Made by a program: the position numbers and the translations under genes
Notes under the pieces: model-generated
The model's database searches: none
What the model was told of the DNA's origin: nothing
The model's input: only the letters and a program-made list of their open reading frames with translations
NCBI GenBank assembly: GCA_951406725.2
Contig: OX597817.1
Coordinates: forward strand, 171,368,001-171,432,000
From: Octopus vulgaris
Lineage: Eukaryota
Length of the DNA: 64,000 nt
Direction of reading: 5' to 3'
Part shown: positions 14,998 to 27,683 of the stretch, in pieces
How the letters are laid out: each line of letters begins with the position of its first letter
Numbering within the stretch: position 1 is the stretch's first letter

Positions 14998-15039
14998 CAA
15001 TCTGATGATGGCTTCACTAGCTGAACTTCGATGTCATTG
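14998..15039 (+). ncRNA. Degenerate minimal type-I hammerhead motif
   Basis: caat-ctgatga-t-ggct-tcact-agct-gaac-ttcgat-gtc-attg. Stem I caat/attg, GUC site, one A missing from GAAA. Confidence 0.55.
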
Positions 15040-15074
15040 TCAATTTTATTCTTACGTTAAAAATTATATATATA

Positions 15075-15556
15075 CTAGTAGTATCGCCCGGCGTTGCTCG
15101 GGTTTGTAAGGGAACTAACTATATAAGCATTTTTAGAGAGTTACTTCCCTTATAGATGCCAATTCGGGCTTTCTTAGCCATTTCTGTTTTGGTGTCTTCA
15201 AGCCATGAAGTCGTTGTTCTAAAAGAACGCTGGTCTCCTTGACAACGCTTTACGACGTTGATTTCCTTACACTCCCTTCCCCACAGCTTCACGAGGGAGG
15301 GAAGAAGGGGGAGAAGCAAACAGGTGCAGGTGTGACCATGGACGCCAACTCCGCCGCCATCGACACACGAAAAATTATGCATTAAAATGGAATAAAAAAT
15401 GATGTTAAATTATTTTTAAAATCGTAGACTCATCGTAGACGCGCGCTAATACCCAGACGGGCTCGATATGAATCACGACTATAAGATACCCGTTTTGGTT
15501 AAACTGCACCGCAAAATGTGGGAGTAGTTAAGAATCTAAATCGTAGGAGACAGACA

Positions 15557-15589
<33 letters not shown>

Positions 15590-16099
15590 CTAGCAGTATC
15601 GCCCGGCGTTGCTCGGGTTTGTAAGGGAAATAACTATATAAGCATTTTTAGAGAGTTACTTCCCTTATAGATGCCAATTCGGGCTTTCTTAGCCATTTCT
15701 GTTTTGGTGTCTTCAAGCCATGAAGTCGTTGTTCTAAAAGAACGCTGGTCTCCTTGACAACGCTTTACGACGTTGATTTCCTTACACTCCCTTCCCCACA
15801 GCTTCACGAGGGAGGGAAGAAGGGGGAGAAGCAAACAGGTGCAGGTGCGACCATGGACGCCAACTCCGCCGCCATCGACACACGAAAAATTATGCATTAA
15901 AATGGAATAAAAAATTATGTTAAATTATTTTTAAAATCGTAGACTCATCGTAGACGCGCGCTAATACCCAGACGGGCTCGATATGAATCACGACTATAAG
16001 ATACCCGAATTTGGTTAAACTGCACCGCAAAATGTGGGAGTAGTTAGGAATCTAAATCGAAGGGGACAGACATTCACACAACTACAGTTTTATATATAT

Positions 16100-16102
<3 letters not shown>
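15075..16102 (-). mobile_element. Dimeric non-autonomous Helitron (family 1; units 16102-15590 and 15589-15075)
   Basis: 5' TC at 16102. Each unit ends with hairpin cccgagcaacgccggg then CTAG. Inserted in (TA)n. Confidence 0.85.
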
Positions 16103-16136
<34 letters not shown>

Positions 16137-16532
16137 CTTTACTCTTTTACTTGTTTCAGTCATTTGACTGTGGCCATGCTGGAACACCGCCTTTAGTCGA
16201 GCAAATCGACCCGAAGACTTATTCTTTGTAAGCCTAGTATTCATTTTATCGGTTCCTTTTGCCGAACCGCTAAGTTACGGGGACGTAAACACACCAGCAT
16301 CGGTTATCAAGCGATGTTGGTGGGGACAGACACCAAATACACACACACACACACACATACACATATATATATGTACACACATATATACGTCGGGCTTCAT
16401 TCAGTTTCCGTCTACAAAATCCACCCACAAGGCTTTGGTCACTCCGAGGCTATAGTAGAAGACACTTGCCCAAGATGCCACTCAGTGGGACTGAACCCGG
16501 AACCATGTGGTTGGTAAGCAAGCTACTTACCA
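16137..16532 (-). mobile_element. SINE family A (head slightly truncated)
   Basis: Reverse-complement match to other copies. Confidence 0.85.
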
Positions 16533-16599
16533 TATGTGTGTGTGTGTGTGTGTGTAAGAGTTTATATACGTGTGTGCGTGTGTGCATGTGTTCCTTATG

Positions 16600-17151
16600 C
16601 ATTCGAAAACTGTGTTGCCCATTTTGACGCATGAACTATCAAAAGATTCAGTAATCTTTCTGCTACCAAATAAACTTTATTTTCATTTACGCATTTGCAT
16701 TATAAAAATTTAACAACAGTGCTACTCAAAGTGGTGGTCCGCGGATTGGCGTCGGTCCGCGAGCCATCAGCTGCCAGTACGCGGCGAGTTTCCAGAAAAG
16801 AAAGAAACAATATCATAATTTCAATAATTTCGCCTTATGCACTGTAGTAAACAACTCATCAGATTGTGTAATATTGTATTATTTATTTACAAAATAGATA
16901 TAAGATAACAAAATTGTCAACTTTTATTATATTCATTATATATATTGTTTCTGGTATAAATTAATATTACTAAGAAATATTACCGTGCACATATATACAA
17001 AAAGGATGTATGCGTATGTATTGGTGTACCTGTATATGAAATATAATGTGTGTGTGTGAAAGAGATAGAGAGTGACCGAGTGAGTGCTACTTACACATGC
17101 AAAAAATACATACATGTCAACACACACCTTCTCTCTCTCTCACTCGCTCTC

Positions 17152-17188
<37 letters not shown>

Positions 17189-17890
17189 CACACACACACA
17201 CATACGTGTCCGTTTCATATACACATACATACATCTTTCACTTTCTCCTCTCTTTCGTCTACTGCTCTCACTTCAAGGCAAATGTCGCCTTTTCACTTTC
17301 TCTTCTCTTTCAATTTTTGTTCATTTCAAACCATAAAGAAATAGCAAAATCAAATACGGAAATTAACGAATGCATTCGAAACCTGAGTTGCCCATTTTGA
17401 CGCATAGGTATCAAAAGATTCAGTAGTCTTTCGGCTATCAAATTAACTTTGTTTTCATTTACGTATTTGCATTACAAAAAGTTGACATTATAATCCTTCT
17501 ATATGTCAACTATCGTAAACAACATTTTATACCACCACGGTACATTTTCTATATGTGTGTGTACCATAAAAGACATCCATTTCTCTATATGTTATGAGGA
17601 AATACAGTCACTCACTTTCTTTCTCACATGCACACGCACACATACGTGCAAAAAAGACGTATGCACATGTCTTTATGTACGTGTATATGAAAGATAATGT
17701 GTGTGTGTGTGAGAGAGAGAGAGACTGTGTGTGTGTGGAGGGGGTGCTACTTATACATGCATACAAAAATATACATACATGACAACATACATCTTTACTC
17801 ACTCTCTCTCTCTCGCACACACACACACACACACACACAAATACACGCACACGCACGCACGCGCGCACACACACACACTTCTGTATGAGT
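16600..17890. repeat. Two diverged tandem copies of an unclassified repeat (third copy near 28922-29100); first copy interrupted by a hAT-like end at 16718
   Basis: cattcgaaa..gttgcccattttgacgca..tatcaaaagattcagta at about 16600, 17373 and 28922. cagtgctactcaaagtggtggtccgcgg resembles a hAT MITE terminus. Confidence 0.6.
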
Positions 17891-18327
17891 TACATTATTT
17901 CTTGCCGTGTGCACGTGCAAAATTACTGCTCAAATCCCCTGATTTTTTTTCCTAAATTTCTTCCGATTCCTATGTTTTCAATAGAGGAGATTAAGATTTT
18001 GCCCCAAAACGCGTTCTCACTTATTTTAATTTTCTCCCTCTCCACTTCAATTTCTTCATTTTTGACTTTTTTCTAGGTAATCCACGGAGGTAAAACAGAG
18101 AGTACGAATCTTTAAGAATTTTCGGATCTTAGTGGTTATCGTCTTTGTTTACAATTTTGTTCCAATTGTTTTCAAATTTGGTATATGGATTAAGTTTTGT
18201 ATACTAATTAAGGAAATGAAATTCATTTTCCCTTTAAATCCATAATTGAAATTTGCAAAATTTGTGTACTTTAACCAATCAGAAGCGAATATCTTACACA
18301 TCATCGTGGCGAAAAACTCTGTTTCCA

Positions 18328-18383
<56 letters not shown>

Positions 18384-18526
18384 TATATATATATATAAAT
18401 ATATATATATATAGTTTGTATATATGTGTATAGTTACTACTACTAAACAATGAAGAGGACACAAACACAAACTTTACTCTGCATGCATTTGGATATATCA
18501 TTAACCTGCCCCTCGAGGCAAGGTAT

Positions 18527-18680
18527 TGTAACGTAACGGTAAATAAATATTCCTTAAAACATTCATGCATTGCTCATCTTTCACATCTTACAACTTGCTG
18601 TTATAACAAATTATTATCGTCACAACAGCTGACTGCGGACATCCCGTCATATTGTTTACAAAACAACTTTAACCGTTACA
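18527..18680 (+). mobile_element. Internally deleted LTR-like fragment
   Basis: Termini TGTAACG...CGTTACA. Body similar to 19888-19972. Confidence 0.4.
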
Positions 18681-18767
18681 TATGTGTTTGCATAGTCTAT
18701 ATATATAGTCTATATATATGTGTGTATATGTGTATATATATACATACATACATACATACATACATAC

Positions 18768-18811
<44 letters not shown>

Positions 18812-18815
<4 letters not shown>

Positions 18816-18991
18816 ATCCAAACAAGAAAACACAGAAAAAAACACAGCAACGCGAGGACGTGGAACAATTAAAGTATTATTTGACGCTCAGGAAAGAAGG
18901 GAAGGAGGGTTTAACGTTTCGAGCGGAGCTCTTCGTCGGAAACAAAGGAGAAGGAAAGATCCCGAGAAGGGAAGACAGAGGAAAAAAAATT
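18812..18991 (-). mobile_element. Penelope-like pLTR fragment with minimal hammerhead-like motif (18909-18943)
   Basis: gttt-ccgacga-a-gagc-tcc-gctc-gaaacgtt-aaac. Homologous to 8197-8400. Confidence 0.7.
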
Positions 18992-19041
18992 TTTTTGCTG
19001 GTGGTGCTCAAGAGATCACACACACACACACACACACACAA

Positions 19042-19095
<54 letters not shown>

Positions 19096-19449
19096 AAGTT
19101 GATTCTGTTTGTTTTTTTCGTTGTTCGATAAAAAGTTCGTTTTCTATGTCTTTGTTTTTATGTTTTCATTTCTCATTGTGTTCAACGTTTCTTTTTATAT
19201 GCATGTATATATATACATATATATGTATGTATGCATATATGCATAGATTATTTATATTATTATATGATCGAACGCCACGCATCCTTTTCCAAATAAGTTT
19301 TATCTATCTATCTGTGTCTCTGTGTGTGTAGTGGCTTCATGCAAGCATAGCGTTGATTCGATCCTCGATAGCCAAATTTCAATTAGCAGTTCAACAGCAC
19401 TTTTCTCACGGTAAAACAATAGTTTTTCTGTCAATGGCAACCGTTACAT

Positions 19450-19990
19450 TTTGCAGAATAATGTCTAACCTCTTCTAAGTCACCAAAAGTTACAATACAG
19501 GCAACAGACCGCCAACGAAATCTATTGTTCTCAACAATATGTCAATCTTTCTAACTAGTTTTGGATAGTTATAAATACTAGAATTTGGCAAGGCAAAATT
19601 AGTGAATGGACAACTAGAATCATAGTCACAAGCAGGCAGCCACTAAAGACAAATGGCCAGAGAGAGAAAGAAGGTTACAACCAGCCAACAAAGGGACACA
19701 ACTTCCCTCGACTCTCTAACTTTCAATAACTCTCTTCTTTTCTCTGTTACATTACCATGTCTCTCTGTATATACTACTATGAGATCGTGTACACACCTCG
19801 GCCGAAATTAACTCTTTTTACCTCGCATGCTTTTCCATTTACTAATTATACATACCAAGCCGTCGTGGTTTGGGATATAAACGAAATAACGGTAAATGAA
19901 TATTTCTTTAAAACTTCGATCGCTGTTCTTCTTCCATCTTGCATACTGCCAACCAACACCTTAACCGTTACAAATTGGGCGACCCTCGAC
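19450..19990 (+). mobile_element. LTR-like segment followed by PBS-like sequence
   Basis: TATA-like ttataaata near 19569. Ends ...aaccgttaca at 19972, then aattgggcgaccctcg. 5' boundary not defined. Confidence 0.4.
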
Positions 19991-20021
19991 TGCAACGAAG
20001 TGTATGTGTGTATGTGTGTGT

Positions 20022-20053
<32 letters not shown>

Positions 20054-20082
20054 TTGTGTGTGTGTATATATATATATATATA

Positions 20083-20388
20083 TAAGCACTATCCGACTCG
20101 TGGCAGATGCCAGCGCCGCCTCGACTGGCTTCCGTGCCGGTGGCACGTAAAATGCACCAATCCGACCGTGGCCGTTGCCAGCCTCGCCTGGCACCTGTGC
20201 AGGTGGCACGTAAAAAGCACCCACTACACTCACGGAGTGGTTGGCGTTAGGAAGGGCATCCAGCTGTAGAAACATTGCCAGATAAGACTGGAGCCTGGGG
20301 CAGCCTTCTGGCTTCCCAGATCCCCAGTCGAACCGTCCAACCCATGCTAGCATGGAGAACGGACGTTAATCGATGATGATGATGATGA
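20083..20388 (+). mobile_element. SINE-like family D (tandem cassettes plus RTE-type tail)
   Basis: Repeated ggtggcacgtaaaa.gcacc cassettes, core gtggttggcgttaggaagggcatccagctgtagaaac, tail ccaacccatgctagcatgg...cggacgttaa.c(gat)n. Confidence 0.8.
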
Positions 20389-20432
20389 TATACATATATA
20401 TATAAATATATATATATATACACACACACTGT

Positions 20433-20797
20433 GGAGGCGCAATGGCCCAGTGGTTAAGGCAGTAGACTCGCGGTCGTAGGATCGTGGTTTCTATTGTGAG
20501 TGTTTGTTGAGCGAAAACACCTAAAGCTCCACGAGGCTCCGGCAGGGGGTGCTGGCGAACCCTGCTGAACTCTTTCACTATTATTTTCTCTCATTCTTTC
20601 TTCCTGTGCCTGTTGTACCTGTATTTCAAAAGGCCAGCCTTGTCACAGTCTGTGTCAAGCTGAATCTCCTCCGAGAACTACGTTAAGACTACACGAGTCT
20701 GTGGTGTGCTCAGCCACTTGCACGTTAATTTCATGAGCAGGCTGTCCCGTTGATCGGATCATCTGGAATCCTCGAAATCGTAATCGATGGAGTGCCA
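20433..20797 (+). mobile_element. SINE family C (tRNA-like head)
   Basis: ggaggcgcaatggcccagtggttaaggcagtagactcg head, shared with the copy at 42742. Confidence 0.75.
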
Positions 20798-21355
20798 CTT
20801 TTATCCACATTTTATCGAAGCACTGAAAGGACCCAACCCAACCCTCAGACAAATACATGAGTACGTCCTCATAAATGAAACATCTCCAGTACTAAATAGG
20901 AAAATAACTTAGTAGGTAATCATACCCCAATACCCACAGTTTATATTTATATACAGGTAGAATAGTTAGTGGGCTGTTATGTAGATGTATGTGTGTGTGT
21001 GTGTGTGTAGGCATACGTATATACATATGTATGTAGGCAAATGGATATGATTGTAAATAGATAGACATACAGACGGATAGGTACATAAGTAATATGAACA
21101 GATAAGCACACATACATACGCAAATGAAGACTGAAACACATATACTCACACACTTCACTTCACACAAGAATACATATGGAGACACACATCCATTATTACA
21201 TACATACACTGTACATAGTCACAAAAACCCATACACAGACACATTCAGACATGCACAGACAAGGAGACAGAGTTACATACACACATGTGTAAACACACAC
21301 ACACATAAGAACACACACACACATAAGAACACACAAACACATGAATATACAGAAA

Positions 21356-21387
<32 letters not shown>

Positions 21388-21612
21388 GTGTATGCGCACA
21401 CACACACACTGACCCACACACATGCGCACAAACAAAAAGAATGCAGCTCGGATAACGGACAGTCAACAATTATTGAAAAGGTTGAAAGACGCAACGAAAA
21501 TTTTAGGAAAAATAAATAAGTAGATAAATGGAAACTTTACTGGTGAATGTGTTGAGTGTGTTGAATAATTAGACACTAAAAGAGAATGATTCTCCCCTGA
21601 CACAACAATACA

Positions 21613-22500
21613 TCTATATATATAAAACTGTAGTTGTGTGAGTGTCTGTCCCCTTCGATTTAGATTCCTAACTACTCCCACATTTTGCGGTGCAGTTTAA
21701 CCAAATTCGGGTATCTTATAGTCGTGATTCATATCGAGCCCGTCTGGGTATTAGCGCGCGTCTACGATGAGTCTACGATTTTAAAAATAATTTAACATCA
21801 TTTTTTATTCCATTTTAATGCATAATTTTTCGTGTGTCGATGGCGGCGGAGTTGGCGTCCATGGTCACACCTGCACCTGTTTGCTTCACCCCCTTCTTCC
21901 CTCCCTCGTGAAGCTGTGGGGAAGGGAGTGTAAGGAAATCAACGTCGTAAAGCGTTGTCAAGGAGACCAGCGTTCTTTTAGAACAACGACTTGAAGCGTT
22001 CTTTTAGAACAACGACTTCATGGCTTGAAGACACCAAAACAGAAATGGCTAAGAAAGCCCGAATTGGCATCTATAAGGGAAGTAACTCTCTAAAAATGCT
22101 TATATAGTTATTTCCCTTACAAATCCGAGCAACGCCGGGCGATACTGCTAGTATATATATATATGTGTGTGCTGTCTGTCTCCTACGATTTAGATTCTTA
22201 ACTACTCCCACATTTTGCGGTGCAGTTTAACCAAAACGGGTATCTTATAGTCGTGATTCATATCGAGCCCTTCTGAGTCTACGATTTAAAAAAAATTTAC
22301 CATCATTTTTTTTCCATTTTAATGCATTTTTTCGCTATTAAATACGGGAAGTAACTCTCTAAAAATGTCTACGATGAGTCAACGATTTAAAAAAAAATTT
22401 ACCATAATTTTTTTTCCATTTTTAATGCATTTTTTTGCTATTTTTTTGGCTATAACTCTCTACCCTTACAAACCCGAGCAACGCCGGGCGATACTGCTAG
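21613..22500 (+). mobile_element. Dimeric non-autonomous Helitron (family 1; units 21613-22151 and 22152-22500)
   Basis: A|TC 5' end, hairpin plus CTAG at 22151 and 22500 followed by T. Confidence 0.88.
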
Positions 22501-22683
22501 TATATATATATACTGTATACTCGTACTTAAGAACAGTCAAACATTAGATGAAAGGTATAGTTCGATAGATGTTTAAGTAGCGTATCAAATTTATTTTTCA
22601 AGGAAAAAGTTGATACTGACTTCGAAGTCACTATTATCAGCCTGTCAGTCAGATTAAACTCGCCCATAACGAAACTTCGACTA

Positions 22684-22715
<32 letters not shown>

Positions 22716-23249
22716 CTGTAGATGCAAGCATGGCTGTGTGGATAACAAGTTCTCTTTATTTCTAGTCACGTGATTTCAACCTCGCTCCCCTGCACGTCAC
22801 CTTGGACAAGTGCTTTCTCGTATAGGCTCGGTTCAACCAGTCCCTCGTGAATGAAATTAAGTAGACAGAAACTATACGGAAACCTATCCCACGCATGTAT
22901 ATGTGTGTCTGCTTATGATTATATCTCGTAAGTCAAACGGCTCGACCTTATATATTTCCATTATATAATCACCAAGATTTTAGAAAATTATGAACTGGCA
23001 ATGAGGCAAATGATAGTTTCGTAGAAGAATGGCGTTACTTCATATTTCAGATCATGGGGGGGAGAGTACTTGTAAACGTCGTTCAAAAAAATGTCATCCT
23101 CACGGGACCTTAGCTCCTCAAACCTATTTTCATCACTGATTACTATGATCGATATGATCAACAAAAACCCTTGAAAGAGGTGCCCAAGCATGATCGTTGT
23201 TCAATGAGTGAAACCAGTATAAGATACAGGTATAAATATATGATTTAAT

Positions 23250-24265
23250 ATCTTACAATGAGAGGCTGACATCTACTAACACAACTTCCTACCATCCAGC
23301 CATAGTTTTCAAAAACCTAGCGAAGAAGGTTAGCAGAATACTCTCCAACCTATCTTCAGATAAGGAAATCTCTGCCCTGCAGCTCCCTACTGTAACAAGG
23401 CTATGACTTCTAGAGGTTTCAGGGACAGCTTTTGTTGTACGATCGCCCCTCGCACCGCGAAGAGAAAACACCACTGTAAGGTCATACGGTTCGCACTCCC
23501 ATTTTGTATTAATGGTAAAACTTTTCCTGAGTTTAGTAGATAAGCATTTTCTACAGACAGGTTCAGGAAAATTCTAAATAGACATGCTTCGTGGGTCTCT
23601 TTTAGTTTCGCACCTAATATAAAAAATTTTTAGTAAGCAGCCCTAACCTAGCACAAGCAGATTGCTCATATAGAGATAAAGTCAGATGCCCATGCTCAAT
23701 GTAATATTGAAACAGTCATGTGTGAGATAGAGGTAGCCTCGAAAGATCCCACTGAGACGCCGAATGTACGGAAATATTGGGCGCAATGGAAGGCCTCTTC
23801 AAGATAAGACTCAACAACCACAAATCTTTGTTTAATATCCAGGAGAGACATGTGTGGTTCTTGAAAGAAAATATAACATGAAGTGGAGAGCTTACCTCAA
23901 TTGCAATATGAAGTGTAGACTTTGTCAAGCAGAGAAAAGAAGTATATAGCAGAGCTCGTTCCACCCGAACTTTAAAAGTGAAATGTTTTACTTCTACCCT
24001 CATGAGTGAAGGTTTATCTTAGCTAATTGGTCGGGTACGCCGTAGCCATATAAGTAAACTCTTCTCTCGCCATAAACGAAGAGTTAATATTTCTCCCACA
24101 CCCGGCATTTATATATATCCAAGGAACACAACTCTGATGAGAGAAGTTCCCCGCTTATTTTAAATACGTTTTTCATTCACGTTAATCTCTCTGTTCGTTG
24201 TTACTGTTTGATTTGTTTGGCTTTCCTAACCAAGTTTGCTTTATTTTGCTTTAGTGTTTCTTGTT
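23250..24265 (+). pseudogene. 5'-truncated, decayed Penelope-like retroelement (RT thumb, linker, GIY-YIG endonuclease, 3' UTR)
   Basis: Manual translation across frameshifts: NTTSYHPAIVFKNLAKKVSRILSNLSSDKEI, FLSLVDKHF, KILNRHASWVSFSFAPNIK, CSYRDKVRCP, GAMEGLFKIRLNNHKSL, HVWFLKE, HISKLLLSP*. ctgatga at 24134 in the 3' UTR. Confidence 0.8.
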
Positions 24266-25369
24266 AGAGTGCGAATTAGTGGATAGTTAAAAAAATTTTT
24301 ATACAATGATGCAGTTTGGCAAATTGTTATAAGTTATCAAGATCGAAATGTAGTTTATACATAAGAAATCATGCACATATATGATTGTGTGTGTGTGTGT
24401 GTGTGTGTTTTATTTAGAATTTGCACATGGAATCGTCGAGGAATATGTAAATATACTACAAATTACTACTTGTAGTTTTCTTCCAGATATACTGTTAAAT
24501 TACTTATATACATATATGTGCGATTGTCATCTATAAGAGATGAGGACTCGCAACCTCTGTTTGGCATAGTTTATCATAACATTATGTAATACAGTTGTCA
24601 GTATACACTACGGTTAATATTGCGTGGTTACGTCATAGATCAGTAATTCATTCATCGTGAACAAAAACACTTCCCAACCGTCTTAATTATGCATCTGATA
24701 AGCGAATTACGTAATTATAAGGCAATCTCACGAAACTAGCATTTTAGAGTTTACGACTACCAGAAGGGGATATTTTACCTTCAAATTCGAAACCAAAACC
24801 TTGGATACGCACTCAGACATCACGAGTAAACTACAGCAGTTTCACGTGATCGGTCTCTTAACCGACCAATCCACATGAAGCGATGGCATGGACAGGTTTT
24901 TCTCCAACATTCAAGAATTCGGCTTCCAACAAAACTGTTCGGCGCGCATTTTTACGAGTCAGACAACCCAGGGAGGCAGCTAAGACAGATGGTGCATGTT
25001 GCCGTATCAATAGCTTTCCGTAAACTCCAAGCAGTACCTCTCCCCCAGTATGTAATTATTGCCGTTGTTATCTATAAAAGGCTACGTAGTTTGTCTTTGT
25101 GTGCGATAATAAAATTAAATGTCTGCAAGTGTTGTTCAGTTACTTCTGTACGCAGCCCAAGAAACATATTTTCATTCACCAACTCAACCAGTCACCTGCC
25201 TATGACTCGAAAGTGTTATTTACGACACAGAAGCACTGAGTTGTGCGATGCAGGGTTAGGATTTCATGTCAATTTCAACATTTTCAATTTTCCTTTCTTC
25301 TTTGAATTTTAATCTTTGATCTCCAAAGAGGAAGATTTCAGTGTGAAACAGTGAATTTGCTTGTACACA

Positions 25370-25426
<57 letters not shown>

Positions 25427-26259
25427 CATTCAGACGAGATATGTCTTGACTAAACCGGAAGTATAATATGCTTACATATATATATAACTCTACCGTATAT
25501 CAATTTAGATTGATACTTTGGCGTGTGATCTACAGCTTCAAGGGAGATTACTTTAGTTGTTAGTTTCTTTATGTTGCAAAACTCACGGCTGCCGAACTTG
25601 TGTGATCTACGCGCATATTTTAATTATCATAGTGTTTATTATTGCTTTCGTATTATTATTCATTAAGACATAAATGAAACATGGTTTAATTATTATTAAA
25701 ATAGTAAGAATTTTGAAAAAAAAACATTTACAATGCTAAGTATGTACAAAAGAATTTATTGTTTTACAATAAATCTTTAGCCAACATGTTAAGTGTTTTT
25801 AGAAATTGAAAAGTCAAGTAAAAAGTACCCTAAAGTAATTTCCCTTGGGGTTGTAAATTACACGCCAAAGTAGCACTCAATTCAGGATACAGACCATTGT
25901 CTTAGGGGTATTTTCCCTCAGAATTTTTTACTGTATATACACATACACTCGCACGCACACACACACAAACACACGCCTCCCCACCCACATATAAAACGAC
26001 TAGCAGAAACACCTCTCTCGGCGCAGTTTTCTACTAGACGTTAAATAATATTTACATATTTAATTCTCAATTTTTGTAAATTTCCTGACATGTTACGTCT
26101 AATTCCCCTTTGTATCAGTTATTCGTCTAACAGCACTTGCCCGTTCGGTAAATACATTTAGAATAATAGCAAGCACTCAAAGGCAGTGTTAGAATTTTTG
26201 AAGAAATGAGGTATTATGTTGAATCAACTGAACCACGTAAAAATCCTCAGTGTAATATA

Positions 26260-27508
26260 TTGGGTTGGCAACTAAGTTCCCGCCGTTTCTTAAAATTTTA
26301 ATTTTTTAAAAGGTTTAATAAAAAACAACAACTAATTAATCAATAATGCTTTCACCCTTGTTATTTACAACTTCTTCCCAACGTTCAACAAGATTTTCAA
26401 TACTTCGTTGGTAGGTATCACCCAATTTCGACACGAAAAGTTGATCCAACCAAACTCTCAATTCTGAATCAGTATTGAACGAAACACCACGCATAGCATT
26501 TGAAAGAGATCGAAAGAGGTGGAAATCTGTTGGTGCCAAATCAGGAGAGAACGACGAGTGTGGCAGCACTTCCCAGCCATGCGTTTGAATGGCTTCCTGT
26601 GGTCATATTGGCGATATGAGGGCGGGCGTTGTCGTGCAGTAGAAGAATTCCATGCTGCAGATTAGATCTTTTCTCTTGAATAGCCGTGTTGAGTCGTTCC
26701 ATCAGTTGAATATACAGTTCTGCGTTGACCGTTTGGTTCCGTTCAAGCAATTCGTAATGGGAATCCCTTCCCAGTCCCACCATACGCACAACATCGTTTT
26801 ACGCAGATGAAGATCTTGTTTCACGCACAGTGTCGCTTGTTTACCGGGGCTAAGCCATTTCTTACGCTGCTTCATATTGATGTACAGGCACCATTTTTCG
26901 TCGCCATTAACGGTTCGGTAAAGAAACCGTTGCTTGTGTCCATGAGTTGAGCGGTGATGAGCAAGCAAACCAGCGGAGGTTGTAGCTCGTTGATTTTTGT
27001 TGTTTTTCACTTAAAGCATGCGGAACCCATGCTCCATACTTCTGAACCTTTCCCATCGAGTGAAGATGCTTCTCTATAACAGTGTGGAAGCATTACATTT
27101 TCTCTGCCAGTTCTCTTGTCGTTTGACGAGAATTTTCGTGCAAAAGTTGGTTTAATCTCTCTTCATCGAACTCAACTGGACGGCCAGAACGAGGTGCGTC
27201 TTTGAGGTTAAAATTTCCATTTTTGAACTTGGCAAACCAATCACGAGCGGATCTTTCAGCTATGGCACCCTCTCCATACACAGCACAAATGTCACGAGCA
27301 GCTTTTGCAGCCTTAGAACCTTGATTAAAAGCAAAAAGAAGGAGGTGTCGAAAATACTCGTTTTTCTTAACTTGACATTCCATTTTAATGATCTGAAAAT
27401 AAACTAAAATTAACTAAAATTAACTAGAAAAAAGCTTAATAGATTCCAAAATTTAAAAATGCAATAAATTCCAAAATTTAAAAAATCGGCGGGAACTTAG
27501 TCGACAAC

Positions 27509-27512
<4 letters not shown>
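26260..27512 (-). mobile_element. Full-length mariner (DD34D) transposon, frameshifted transposase 27383-26336, mellifera-subfamily-like
   Basis: TIRs ttgggttggcaactaagttcccgccg / ttgggttgtcgactaagttcccgccg with TA on both sides. Motifs RSGRP, GDEKW, LLHDNARPH and SPDLAPTDFHLF in four ORF pieces. Confidence 0.95.
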
Positions 27513-27569
<57 letters not shown>

Positions 27570-27601
27570 TTTATTTAAAGCAGCAGAAAATTCAACAAAA
27601 T

Positions 27602-27639
27602 CTGTTACTCTGAGTTTCTCGTTGCCGTTCATCAGACAG
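27602..27639 (-). ncRNA. Minimal type-I hammerhead ribozyme motif (left arm)
   Basis: ctgt-ctgatga-acggcaacga-gaaa-ctcaga-gta-acag. Stem I ctgt/acag, GUA site, weak stem II. Confidence 0.7.
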
Positions 27640-27646
27640 TTTTTGT

Positions 27647-27683
27647 TGTCTGATGAACGGCAACGAGAAACTCAGAGTAACAG
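27647..27683 (+). ncRNA. Minimal type-I hammerhead ribozyme motif (right arm)
   Basis: tgt-ctgatga-acggcaacga-gaaa-ctcaga-gta-aca. Confidence 0.65.

Noticed and set aside
15119-15382. 87-aa ORF repeated three times (also 15634 and 35147)
   Set aside because: It lies inside the non-autonomous Helitron; recurrence reflects repeat identity, not coding constraint.
24840-25350. 145-aa ORF and promoter-like motifs in apparently unique DNA
   Set aside because: No recognisable protein family or splice structure; a faint THAP-like hint on the minus strand is too weak.
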